Shown: positions 39,682 to 51,899 of the stretch, one piece after another
Layout: each line of letters starts with the position of its first letter
Numbering within the stretch: position 1 is the stretch's first letter
From: Octopus sinensis
Taxonomy: Eukaryota
Direction: 5' to 3'
Assembly (NCBI RefSeq): GCF_006345805.1
Contig: NC_042999.1
Coordinates: 162,440,001 to 162,504,000 of the forward strand
DNA length: 64,000 bases
Notes under the pieces: generated by a model
What the model was told of the DNA's origin: nothing
The model's input: the letters and a program-made list of their open reading frames with translations, nothing else
Databases searched by the model: none
Program-made: the position numbers and the translations under genes

Positions 39682-39960
39682 TCTTGTGTATGTTTATTTT
39701 GTTTCATATTTATATTTGCATTTGTATATTTTTATAACTATACTTTATAATCTCTGATGAGGCCTTGAGATATATATATATATAAGTAACTCATTTTTAA
39801 CTGCATATTACCTCAATACATCTGACTAATATAGGCACAATGAGATACCTTTATCTACAGGCTGAAACAGCTGTAAGATCCATTTTATGTGTAATATTTT
39901 TAAGGTATTATCTTACTTATTGATGTATATTGTTTTATTCTGTTGGATTTGGATGTTCCT
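39027..39960. mobile_element. ORF-less PLE-like remnant with inverted repeat arms
   Basis: 39027-39379 is the reverse complement of 39516-39822; right arm continues through a hammerhead motif. Confidence 0.7.
39750..39879 (+). ncRNA. Type I hammerhead-like motif with 93-nt insert in stem-loop II
   Basis: atct CTGATGA ggcct [93 nt] aggct GAAA cagctg TA agat. Confidence 0.72.
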
Positions 39961-40043
39961 ATTTAAGTAGTTAATAAATAATATGAATTGGTATTATCTG
40001 TAAGTCGATGATTGAAAGGAATCTGTTCCTCCATTTTCTTATT

Positions 40044-40093
<50 letters not shown>

Positions 40094-40865
40094 CATATAT
40101 ATATATATACATCTATATATATAAAACTGAGAATGTGTGTCTGTCTGTCTGTCTGTGTGTTTCCCTAAAACTTGAGAACTACACAACCAATTTCATTCAA
40201 ATTTTACACATGCCTTACTTAGGGTCCATGTAGTTTCATGGGCAAAAAAAAGTTCAAATTCTTGCCTAGGGCGAGCCCATAGCAATATCATATCTTCTTC
40301 ACTATTTCAGTATTACGTGTTAAAAGTGAAACAAAAACATTTCTGTATTTTATGTCAGATACTTTCACTTTAACAATAAAAATTAGAGATAATAATAACA
40401 ATTGAATTATATGTAGTAAGTAATAATTAAAATCAAACTAAAGTATAATATAATCGTAACATAACAAAAGTAAAAATAGCAATTGGTATAAAATTGCATC
40501 AATGACTTGAACTTGAATAAGTGGTTTAACATGAATGGGAATAAATTAAAGATAAAATTAGCATACAGAAATGGAATAGTCCAGTTGGACTATTATACAT
40601 AAAGGACTATAGCTTCAACTGCGTACTGCTTTTTGATTCACAGTAAGGTTTGTTGTTATTATTATTATTACTGTTTAACTATTGTTATCACGATTGTTGG
40701 TTCCGCGTAAGGGAAACGTTGTTGTGTTGCATTTGTTAAATAATTGTAAACTGTAACCCTCTCCCTTTGGGAGGAGTTTTGGTTATTGTTTAAAAATTTA
40801 ATTGTGTCCCTGTTTGGGTAAATTGACAATATTTTCACCGTTTACACAGAAGCATTTTTGTTAGA

Positions 40866-41398
40866 ATGCCTTCGATAGAAGAAAGTCCAAAAATGAATTT
40901 CGCTGCAGCTGTCGGCGGGTGCAAACCCATTAAAATTAAAATGGAAGAAAAAGAAACCTATTTCGGATTGATCACCGACAAAGACGGTGAATCTAGGATA
41001 ACACCACCAAACGAAATAAAAAATTAAATTAAAGAAAAGACTACTGTCTATAAAGTATACAATATAGAGAAAAAAAAAGATTTGAACACCTGGAGGAAAG
41101 CACCTTCGAAAAGTGTCTTGGTGCGACTATGAAAGGCACGACTAGAGGTGGTAAATTTGCCACAATAGAAGCAAGGTTCGAGTCAACGGAGCATGCAAGG
41201 GAGTACTCGATTCGAACCTTGCAAAGTGGAATTATTTTATTTTCACCTTTATATCTGGGACGTAGGATATCCCGGATAAAAGTTTAAAATGTCCCCCCAG
41301 AAGTAGAGGTAGGCTGGATTGTAGCCACACTTCTATACAAGAGGGAGGACAAGATACAATTGATTGAAATTGCAAGAGATGGGCCTACAATTCCAGTC
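40866..41398 (+). pseudogene. Captured LINE ORF1-like N-terminal fragment
   Basis: MPSIEESPKMNFAAAV...KFATIEARFESTEHAREYS...PLYLGRRISRIKV*NVPPEVEVGWIV (2 stops, 1 frameshift). Confidence 0.55.
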
Positions 41399-41511
41399 TG
41401 TTATATATTTTGAGTATTGTTATCACTAGCGATATCAAGATATAACTTTGTATTTTGTATTTTATGTGTAGATGTATATATATAGATGTACATGTAATAT
41501 GTACACATATG

Positions 41512-41771
41512 CCGCCTCGACTGGCTTCCGTGCCGGTGGCACGTAAAATGCACCAATCCAACCGTGGCCGTTGCCAACCTCGCCTGGCACCTGTGCAGGT
41601 GGCACATAAAAAGCACCCACTACACTCACGGAGTGGTTGGCATTAGGAAGGGCATCCAGCTGTAGAAACATTGCCAGATAAGACTGGAGCCTAGTGCAGC
41701 CTTCTGGCTTCCCAGATCCCCGGTCGAACCGTCCAACCCGTGCTAGAACGGACGTTAAACGATGCTGATGA
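41512..41771 (+). mobile_element. RTE 3' UTR/tail inserted in Helitron
   Basis: Homologous to 12484-12700; absent from the 14021 Helitron copy. Confidence 0.85.
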
Positions 41772-41845
41772 TATACATGCACTAGCACTATGACCCAGCA
41801 ACGATGGGTCATAATGCTAGTATATATATATATATATATAAATAA

Positions 41846-41892
<47 letters not shown>

Positions 41893-42020
41893 TAATAAAA
41901 GGAATTCCAACCTTGTCTGATTTTCACGTTTTATTTACAATCTTATAATGATATAATATAATATAATATAATATAATAAAATAAAAGAAAATAATAGAAT
42001 GTTAAATGTTCATTCTGATT

Positions 42021-42063
42021 GAACTAGTACTTTCATGCATTAAATTCTGCAATCTTCAGGTTC
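42021..42063 (-). ncRNA. Type I hammerhead-like motif
   Basis: Minus strand: gaac CTGAAGA t tgca-gaatttaa-tgca t GAAA gtac TA gttc. Confidence 0.72.
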
Positions 42064-42065
42064 AT

Positions 42066-42604
42066 GTAGTAGTGGTGACAGTCATGCTTCACAATTTTTG
42101 ACACAATCAAGATCTTGTACAACTGAAACCAGAGTGTGTTTTTGGTCAGCTGAAAGTAGCTTTGGCACAAACTTGGTAGACAAATCTTCAGTGATAATGA
42201 TTTCCCCTCACAGCTGTACCCACATCTGTGATGTTTTTCTCAGTTCTGCTGGTTGTGGGTCTCCCTGAATGTTCGTCAATGTCAACATTTTTTCAGCCAT
42301 CTTGGAAACATCCTAACCACTCATACACTCCTATCCATACACTTTCTGCAACTTTGTGTTGGCCTCTGAGCAGGTATCGCCAAGCTTTTGGCAAAATTTG
42401 ATGCAGATTCTCTGCTCAACTTTCTCTGTCATGGTCAATGCAATGATCACATGCTATACATGTTCCTTTCAAGCACTGCTGTAAACAGCGGAAATGAGCT
42501 AGAACGTTAAAACTTAGCACAAATGCACAGCAGAGTTCAAGGTACTCCGAATAATTTAGCTTTATTACTATGGCAACAGTCAAGAAACTTATTGATCAGA
42601 CCAT
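42066..42604 (-). mobile_element. mariner 5' fragment
   Basis: TIR-like TGGTCTGATCAATAAGTTTC; EQRICIKFCQKLGDTCSE, KFVPKLLSADQK. Confidence 0.75.
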
Positions 42605-42794
42605 GTATAGTTCTAAATATACAAAAAGTTTACTTTAAAAAGCCATAACCTTTTATGAAAAATTGTAAGGTTCAAATTAAGGGAAATTTGTATGCTATTT
42701 CTAGAAACTAAAGAGATTTTGTAATTTTTTTAGTCCCAGGTCAACATTGACCAAACAGACATTTTAGCCATAGTCACTTCTCTACAGAACTTAC

Positions 42795-42828
42795 CCAATA
42801 CAATACTAGGTCTATACTCTTTCGACAT
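42795..42828 (-). CDS. Candidate first coding exon (MSKEYRPSIVL + G)
   Basis: ACAATGT start context, G|GTAAGT donor, phase 1 joins the exon at 23384 to give GAG (E). Confidence 0.3.
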
Positions 42829-44189
42829 TGTCGACTGAACCAAATTTATTCAACCATCTCTATTTATAAATGCCCCACCCACCCACCATCACTAAAGATT
42901 TACCAGTAATAGGTTTCTAGGGATTATGGGATAGGCTTCTTTTCAGACACAACAATATGAGAGAGAGAGAGAGAGAGAGAATTGCTCCTGATTTACAGCT
43001 GAATAATTAATAGAAAGAAGTTCACCATTTATGCAAATATCCGAAATTTGAAGATAGTAAATAAAATGTATCCACTGATGCTAGTGTGGCAAATTGGATG
43101 TTAAAACACAAAAACGCTTGATAATTTAAAAAGCTAAATCACTGCCAAACATCACACTTTGTTAAAATATTTGAAGATTCCATGACATAAAGATCAAAGT
43201 TCTAGATATTTAAAGCAGAAAGCAAGGAATGTTCTTTTGCATTCTGAGCCAGTGAGTTCTATTCATGCATGTGGTAAAATAAACAAAACTTGGACATCAA
43301 ATGAAATTGACCTGACTGTAACCAATTATTTTGGGAATTCTTTTTTGCTTCCCTTCCATTGTTCTGATGAATACAAGAGAAGGTCTGTTATTGATTTTTT
43401 TTTTTGTGTTAGGTTCTCTTCAGAGAGAGTTAGTTGTTTTTCCAGTACAGATACTGCTGCAATAAACTGCACTGCAGTGGTAACCAAAGAGAGAATACAT
43501 AAATAAATAAAAATAAAAAAATGATTCAGGCCAAGAGTTTTTCACAAAAAGATTTTTCATATGACACCAGAACAATAACAAGAAATGAAGAAAGGAAAAG
43601 CCAACAATGGATAAATAACTATAGCTTGTTTTCAACTATGCATAAAGGTCTGTAGTTTAAGACAGAAATTAAGAGAATTTTGTGATATTCATAGTTTCCC
43701 AAAGACATTAACAAGTGAAGCAGAATCTCAAAATCTATTTATAAAGTTATAGATTTTTAACTGAACATGAAAGCATCAAGGTTATAAGAAGGTGGATCAA
43801 AGAGATGCGAAGTCGTAACGTTTTCACTCACTCTGCTGTCACCCACATTCTGTCCACTTCCACTCCCATCACCACTCCATACACACATCATCTAATACAC
43901 TTGGTCCTTCTTTCCCAGAACATTATCCTTAGAGTTTTTATGGGGATTCAACTGTTCACACTGGTATTTTTTTTTTTAATTACTTTCGTATTAAAAAGAA
44001 GAATTGTCAGTGAAGAGAAATGATTTCAACTAATGTGCTGCAGACTCCAGTGACAATCTATTTCTTGTTCTACAGCACTCACAACAGTAATAATAGACAG
44101 CTGGTTATGCAGGTGTGAATAGCTTCAGATTTATAGCAGGAGTTAGAAAGAGAAATGAAAAGTTGTGATCTTTATGCCTTTCCAACTAT

Positions 44190-44678
44190 GAGGGGAAGTC
44201 AAAAATGATATAACATATCTTTATTATTGTCACACCCCCTTCTGAGCATGCATGCTTATAGTTGGTAATATTGTGGTCATATGATCAAAGTCTGATTGCA
44301 CCATATTTCTTTTTCGCTTTACAGTGTAAGCATGACCAGTCTATTAGCAATGTGCACCAAAGAAGTTTAAAAGTCGATGGACAAGCACGATGCACAAAGA
44401 GGGAGCAGGACGCCTGTCAACCTCCACCACTGATGAAAAGATTCAGCAAGCTCGAGAGATGGTAATGGTGAACTGGTTCACCAGTTCATCATTACCATCT
44501 CTTGGATCATTGCTTTTTGTTCTTCTTTGGTGCATATTGCTAGTGGAGCGGCCATGCTTACACTGTAAAGCGAGAAAGAAAAATGGCATGATCAGGCTCA
44601 AACTTCAATCACGTGACCACAATAGTACCAACTATAAGCACGCATGCTCAGAAGGGAGTGTGACAATAATAAAGATAT
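44190..44678. mobile_element. mariner-derived fold-back MITE
   Basis: ~150-bp imperfect arms 44216-44364 / 44521-44678; core translates GAGRLSTSTTDEKIQQAREMVM (mariner GRPST motif). Confidence 0.75.
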
Positions 44679-45139
44679 TACTAATTACTAATTAATTAAT
44701 AAATTTTATCCTTTATTATTATGGATAATATAATTCTCTCCCTGATAATAAACTACAGATTTTTCTGTAGGAATTTGTTGCTCTATAACACGCGTGGGTG
44801 GGTGACGGAGAATACGAAGTCTCGTTCGTATGTTTTGAATTCGTTAGTACTGGATGTTGGAAGTGGTTTGTCTGATGTTACTTTAAACCTTTCCGTAAGC
44901 CCAATGAAAAGCTATCGTATATTAGCAAAGATTCGAACCATCCACCAGTTATCCTTAGGAACTTAGTCAGCAATGTAGGTAGAAGAATATCTTCAATTTC
45001 TTCGGACGAGGCAGCATTCCATAATGCTGCATCTTATTACGATAGCGCATTAAAGAATAATGGATTCTCTGAGAAGATCCAGTACAACCAGTTTAATGCT
45101 GGTAATAATGCTGCACGAAGAACTAGGACCAGGAAAGTT

Positions 45140-45817
45140 TTGTGGTTCAACCCGGCTTTCAATTTTACCGTAAAGACTAATATAGGTAAGGAATTTTTGA
45201 GATTAGTCTCTAAGCATTTTAAGCAGGGTCATAAATTTTATAGGATATTTAATAGAAGAACCCTGAAGGTTAGCTATTCTTGTTGCAGAAATTTCGCCTC
45301 TTACATTAGCCAGCATAATAGGAAGCTAATTGAGATTAGACATGGTGCCGAGCCCATTAAGAAATGCAATTTCAAAAACGAAAGCTCCTGTCCGTTAGAA
45401 GGGAAATGTCTAGTGAAAGGAGTAGTTTATAGAGCCAAGGTCCAAGTAGAAGGCTCATCGGAATACAAGACATACACAGGGGCTTCAGAAAATTCATTTA
45501 AAACACGATTTTATTCTCATAAAAATTCATTTAAATACCCAGAGAATAGGAAGAGGACCAGCCTAGCGAAATATGTCTGGGAACTAAAAGAAAAGGAAAC
45601 CCCACCTTTCAACGTGACATGGAGCATTCTGGACAGAGCGGCACCATACAGGCATGGAGCATACAAAAATAATTTTAAGTGCAAACTTTGCCTATTAGAA
45701 AAAATGTACATTTTATTCAAAGACAATAATTCTTTGAATCAAAGAAGTGAGCTAATGAACTTATGTAGGCACGCGGCTAAATTTAAAATGTCGAATATAA
45801 ATATACCATATGGATAG
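45140..45817 (+). pseudogene. PLE linker + GIY-YIG endonuclease (open C-terminal 225 aa of a truncated ORF)
   Basis: WFNP, CPLEGKCL, GVVY...TYTG..FKTRFYSH, CKLCLLEK, LNQRSEL..CRH. Confidence 0.88.
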
Positions 45818-46926
45818 AGTATATATTTTGTATTTTTGATTTTTGATTTTGACTCTTGAACTAGTATGTAAACGCTACGATGGATTTTGTTCCACGCTAT
45901 GCAGATTTTAATCCGTATAGCAAAGTCTTATATTTCCACATATACATTAGGAAAAACCTTCGACTTTGTTTATTTCATGTTATTGTATTGTATAGGATTA
46001 CCTTGATTATTTATAGATGATCCAAAATAGGGTGTTATATTTTATTTTATATGTCTTTTGTATATATTTTTATTTTTTATTATTGCACTCATTTTTTTTT
46101 AAAAAAGCAATGTTGTCAAAAATTAGAATTTTGATATAAGTATGTGTATAGCCATGGATATGTATTTGTAAGCATGCGTATCTGTGTATGTGTAAGTGAG
46201 CGTATGTTTGTGCTTAAGCACACATATACACGACTGTATGTGTATGTATCCATTCGAACTTGTGTATTTGTATACTTGTCTCCATATATGTCAATAATGC
46301 CGTTACACAGCTTGTGTACATAATTTTTTCTTATTTCGTTTTTTTCCCCACCCCTCCTTTTTCTTTTTTCCTTCCCCCTTCTTCGTCCCTTTTTCTCTCT
46401 CTTCCTTTCTTTCGTTTTTTTCTCCAACTGATACTGATGCAACTTTACGTCCCCTTACTCAGTATATGAGAATCGCTACATAGATGATTTTAACTTGCGT
46501 GCGAGATGGATTGCGTGCATATATGTACGCATGCATTTATGTGTATATTTTAGATTTATATTTATGTCTGTATATGTATGGTGTTTGCATGCATCCCTCT
46601 GTGTATGTTGATATATATATGTACACTTTAATTTAAATATGTATTGCAGTGTAATATTTATAATAGGTTTTAATTTCTATGCTTTAATTATACTTTCCTC
46701 ATTAACGTCAATATGTATTTTATTCAATGTAAGGTTTTTTTCCTCGAATTTTATAATTTTTATAAGTTTTTATATATATATACATATATTTTTGACCTTT
46801 TTGTTTATCGCTCGAAGATTGACCGTTTTTTCTAAAGGGCCAATCAAACAAGTCCATTTTTTTTAAAGGTGTAGCGTTTGTAAGAGTCTAGATTGAATTG
46901 ATATATCGGTTCCATTCTAGCAAAAA

Positions 46927-46964
46927 CTGTCTGATGAACGGCAACGAGAAACTCAGAGTAACAG
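46927..46964 (+). ncRNA. Type I hammerhead-like motif in PLE2 3' repeat
   Basis: ctgt CTGATGA a cg-gcaa-cg a GAAA ctc-a-gag TA acag; helix I extendable by caaaa/ttttg. Confidence 0.75.
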
Positions 46965-47068
46965 ATTTTGTTGAATTTTCTGCTGCTTAAAATAAAGCAT
47001 ATTACTCTACCACTGGTATTTGAGTACTCTTTTTTCCACCTTGTTTCACATTTATGTGTTTACTCCGG

Positions 47069-47102
<34 letters not shown>

Positions 47103-47789
47103 TCATCTACTACCACAACAATTGCCAATACCACATTCAAAACCACAATTAGACTACCACTACCACCACTACTATCACTTCACACTAGTTCTTCACTACT
47201 GCACAGAACATTTGTTTGACGCTATTTCTATAAAGAGCAAACAGCCAATATATGTCACAAGTGACAATATACACTTGAGTGACATTAAAGTTACTTGGAG
47301 ACAGAGCACATTTAAAACAGACACTTAAAAGATGAAATATTGATTTCTCATACAGACACAAGGTCACAACAGATTTATAATAGAGTTAAATGACAGGGAT
47401 ATTTTAGTACTGCAAAGTGATAGTTAAGCTTGTAAGTAAAAGTAAACTAAATCTTGCAATGTAGTTTCAATTCTTGTTTGAACCCTTTCAATACATTGGC
47501 TCATTGTGCTTGCAGTTTCTGACAATAGTCAATAGTCTAAGCAAAGTAAATCTCAGTGAAATGATAATAATAAAAATAATAATAATAATATAATAATAAT
47601 AATAATAACAATAAAATCGAATCAGATACCATTGCGATACATACTTAATAGATGATCCTTTCTGTGGCCAGTTACTATTGTCTGACTGCTTGTTTACCTA
47701 TGATGCAGAAGCTTCTCATTGGAATAAGAGGAAAGCATCAATATATGATAGAAGGATTTAAGTAGGATTGAGGAAGTAAGGAGTGGTAA

Positions 47790-50545
47790 TATGAGACTCA
47801 ATGAAAGAGATGAGAATTACATGAATAAGAAATACCACCAGGTGGATAAGAGAACTCTAGTTATATTGGATATGTTAAAACAAAAGATTAAAGCAAATGC
47901 AGTTAAGATCAAAAGATACAAGGGAAGATGTCTACAGTTTAAACAAAATCAACTGTTTAGAATAAATCAGAAGCTAGGTTCCCAACTTCTGGCTGAAACA
48001 TCTCACCAGTACCCATACTTCCATAGTAGAAGTATTAAATTGATTAATAAGCAAGCCAGAATCAACACCAAACTGGATGCTAGAAGGACAAACCACATTA
48101 AAGTCCCAAAAACAAAGACACTGTACACCCACAAAATTATAGGCCAATAACATGCCTATCAACATCCTACAAAACCCTCACATCAGTTATATATAACTGG
48201 TTTATAAAACAAATGGAAAATAAAGTTTTACCAGAAGAACAAAAAGGGTGCTGGAGAGGGATGTATGGTTGTAAGGAGTAACTTCTGGTAAACCAAGCCA
48301 TTATAGAGGACTGTAAGAAGAGAAAGACAAACCTGAACATGACTTGGAGTAATTACCATAAAGCATTTGACAGTGTTCCATACTCGTGTATACTGGAATC
48401 TCTCCATACAAATAAAGTGGCTCGAATACTACTAAAATATATCAAACATGTAATGGCAAACTGGAATACCACTATAACACAGAAAAATGAATCACAACTT
48501 ATTAAAACCTACCCTATGCCCATAACTAGAGGGATTTTCCAAGGAGACTTGCTGTCATCTCTGCTTATCTGCCTTGCTCTGACTCCCCTAACAAACTTGT
48601 AAAATGAAACTACCACTGGTTATAGATACTATGGACAAACAATAAACCATCTCCCGTATACGGATGATTTAAGCGTTTTCATTAAAAATACCACAGAACA
48701 GAAAAACCTTCTAAAATTGTCCATAGTTTCAGCAACGACATTGGGATGAGCATGGAGCTGAACAAATGTGCCAAAGGGACACTGAGAAGAGGCAAATTAA
48801 TCAGCACTGAACACACTGCACTCGACATAGACACAGAAATCACAGAATTAGATCACGATTGCCCATACAAATATCTAGGGATAGATGAAACAGCGAAAAT
48901 ACAACACACAGGAATGAAAGGGAAAGTTAGAAGAGAGTATTACAGAAGAGTTAGACTAATATTAAACACTGAACTCAATGCTAAAAATAAGATAATAGGG
49001 ATAAACACACTAACCATACCAGTAATAAATTACAGCTTTAACACAACAAACTGGAAGATCAGTGAATTGAAAAACTTATATAGAAAAACCAGAAAATTAT
49101 TAACAGCATACTGAAGTATCTCCTCAAAGTAGACACAGATAGAATATATCTGTTTGTGAAAAGGAGGCTATGACCAAACATAGAAAGTGAACTACTATAA
49201 AATAACAACAGTTGGACTAGAAAAGTACTTAGAAACAAAAAGTGGAAGATGTAATAGAGCAACATGAGAAAAATAAAATGTTTTTCTCTATACACAAGGA
49301 GGCAACAAAATACAAAACAGTGGCTGTGTGGTAAGTAGCTTGCTAACCAACCACATGGTTCTGGGTTCAGTCCCACTGCGTGGCACCTTGGGCAAGTGTC
49401 TTCTGCTATAGCCCCGGGCCAACCAATGCCTTGTGAGTGGATTTGGTAGACGGAAACTGAAAGAAGCCTGTCATATATATGTATATATATGTATGTGTGT
49501 GTGTGTGTGTTTGTGTGTCTGTGATTGTCCCCCTAGCATTGCTTGACAACCGATGCTGTTGTGTTTACGTCCCCGTCACTTAGCGGTTCGGCAAAAGAGA
49601 CCAATAGAATAAGTACTGGGCTTACAAAGAATAAGTCCCGGGGTCGATTTGCTTAACTAAAGGCGGTGCTCCAGCATGGCCGCAGTCGAATGACTGAAAC
49701 AAGTAAAAGAGTAAAGAGTACACTGATACACTGACCTCAGATGACAATATAGCAAAAATGGCCAAAGAGACAAAAAACAATATGAAAACAGAACTACAAA
49801 ACCTACTAAAGAAGAAATGGAGAGAAAAATCACTCCATATTCAATACCCTGCAAGGCTTGACAGAGAAGAGTGAGCCTAAGTAAAAGCCAACAATGGCTC
49901 AAAAGCCCTAGGCTAAAAATGGAAGGACTAATTCTCACTGTACAAGACCAATACCTGACCACAAACAACTATAAAAGCAAAATAATGAAAACGGGCCCTC
50001 ACACCAAATGCAGAAGATGCAACCAGCACAATGAGACAGTTGACCACATCATCTCTGGCTGTCCAGACCCTGCCAAATCTGAATATATATATATATATAT
50101 ATACAGACATGACCAAGTAAGTAGTTATGTCCACTGGACAATATACCAACACTACAACATAAAAACTTACAATAAATAATATAAACATGTGTCAAACAAG
50201 ATACATGACAATAACCAGGCCACAATCATCTGAGATATGCCTGTTCAGACTGACAAAGAAATAAAAGCTAATTGCCCCGGCATAATAATACTGAAAGACA
50301 TTGCTGTCCCTTCTGACCAAAATAATACCCAAAAAGAAGTGGAGAAATTGTCAAAGAATAAAGATTTTGAAATTGAAATATTCAAGATGTGAGGCATGAA
50401 GATAAAAACAATACCAGTAATAAGTGGAGCTTTGGGTATGATAAAAGAATGTAGAAGCTATACCTGGACCCTCAACACTACACCCTATGCAAAAAATAGC
50501 CCCACTAGGAACAGCCCACATCCTACACACCACACTATCAATCCA
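47790..50545 (+). mobile_element. R4/Dong-like (R2-group, REL endonuclease) LINE, degraded
   Basis: NYHKAFDSVP, GIFQGDLLS, HLPYTDDL, YKYLGI, KCRRC...ETVDHIISGCP, RHDQV, DIAVP.D...KEVEK; (TAA)n just upstream at 47565-47610. Confidence 0.85.
49320..49719 (+). mobile_element. SINE family B nested in the R4/Dong-like LINE
   Basis: Colinear with the 8451 copy. Confidence 0.88.
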
Positions 50546-50676
50546 ATAATACAACCCAAATAAAACAATCCACAAATGCAAGATACACTCTATATAGCAA
50601 ATATCCAATAAAATAAACAACCACCAGCAGGCTCATATGCAATGCATTGCACACACAATATGCAGTACAAACACTC

Positions 50677-50812
50677 ATCATCATCATCATTTAATGTCTG
50701 CTTTCCATGCTGGCATGGGTTGAAGGGTTTGACTGAAAACTGGTAATCCTTGGAGGGCTGCACCAGGTTCTAATCTGATTTGGCAAGGTTTCTACAGCTG
50801 GATGCCCTAAAC
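50677..50812 (-). mobile_element. RTE tail fragment
   Basis: (CAT)n TTTAATGTCTGCTTTCCATGCTGGCATGGGTT...GCTGGATGCCCT; similar pieces at 7045-7120, 20590-20700, 53090-53280. Confidence 0.7.
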
Positions 50813-51411
50813 CAACAAAAGACTGCACCAAACTGATGCAATACAATACTGAGAAGAGTTTGCACTCCCCCAACAACAAAAAAAGGAACACACAATGTGG
50901 CACACATCCCAGTAATACAGAGTAATACAGCAGGTGATGCAGTTGAAATTTACTTGAAACTACCAAACATTAAATAATATTTTCCAGCATAATTACAAAA
51001 TTACAAATCTTATAGAAGAGAACAGGTGATTAATTCAGCTTTATTACTTAACAGGTACTCCTTTTATTAATTCCTGAAGAACAAAAAAAAAATAAATAAC
51101 ATTGGCAGGATTTGAATTCAGAATATAAAAGGATATGACTAAAACCTAAAAAGTAGAAAGAAGCCTGATTTAAAAAAACAAAAACACCTAATAAGGAATA
51201 TTTTAATTTTTGTGTATGAACAGACCTCTAGCTTCATGGTTTTACCACAAGATTAACAATTTACCTAAATATCTTGTATTCTTATGAATGGCTTCCCTTG
51301 AAGCCAATTTACTTCGATAAGCTTATTTTATAATATACTTTTATATATTTTTCACGTTCTTTGAAATTTTGTTTTTTATATTTTTTTACTTTAATGTATT
51401 TATCTTTGGTT

Positions 51412-51784
51412 GGAAGCACTCCGTCGGTTACGACGACGAGGGTTCCGGTTGATCCGAATCAACGGAACAGCCTGCTCGTGAAATTAACATGTAAGTGGCT
51501 GAGCACTCCACAGACACGTGTACCCTTAACGTAGTTCTCAGGGATATTCAGCATGACACAGAGAGTGACAAGGCTGGCCCTTTGAAATACAGGTACAACA
51601 GAAACAGGAAGTAAGAGTGAGAGAAAGTTGTGGTGAAAGAGTACAGCAGGGATCACTACCATCCCCGCTGGAGCCTCGTGGAGCTTTAGGTGTTTTCGTT
51701 CAATAAACACTCACAACGCCCGGTCTGGGAATCGAAACCGCGATCCTACGACCGCTGCCCTAACCACAGGGTCATTGCGCCTCC
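51412..51784 (-). mobile_element. SINE family A
   Basis: TSD TGTATTTATCT at 51395-51405 and 51785-51795. Confidence 0.92.
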
Positions 51785-51899
51785 TGTATTTATCTATAGC
51801 TTCTTTCTCTGAATTTGTATTTTGGACCACCATGAATTGTTCTGAAGATTAATCTGTTAGTTTACTTTTCAGCACATTTTACATATGGGTGTACGCATA

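Larger units (their letters stand above)
40112..41820 (+). mobile_element. Non-autonomous Helitron with captured LINE 5'UTR/ORF1-like fragment and nested RTE tail
   Basis: A|TC, (GTCT)n, hairpin ATGACCCAGCAACGATGGGTCAT, CTAG|T. Confidence 0.82.
44870..47070 (+). mobile_element. Penelope-like element 2, 5'-truncated
   Basis: KPFRKPNEKLSYI..SNHPP thumb region, GIY-YIG domain, long 3' UTR, hammerhead; second copy at 62911-64000. Confidence 0.9.
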
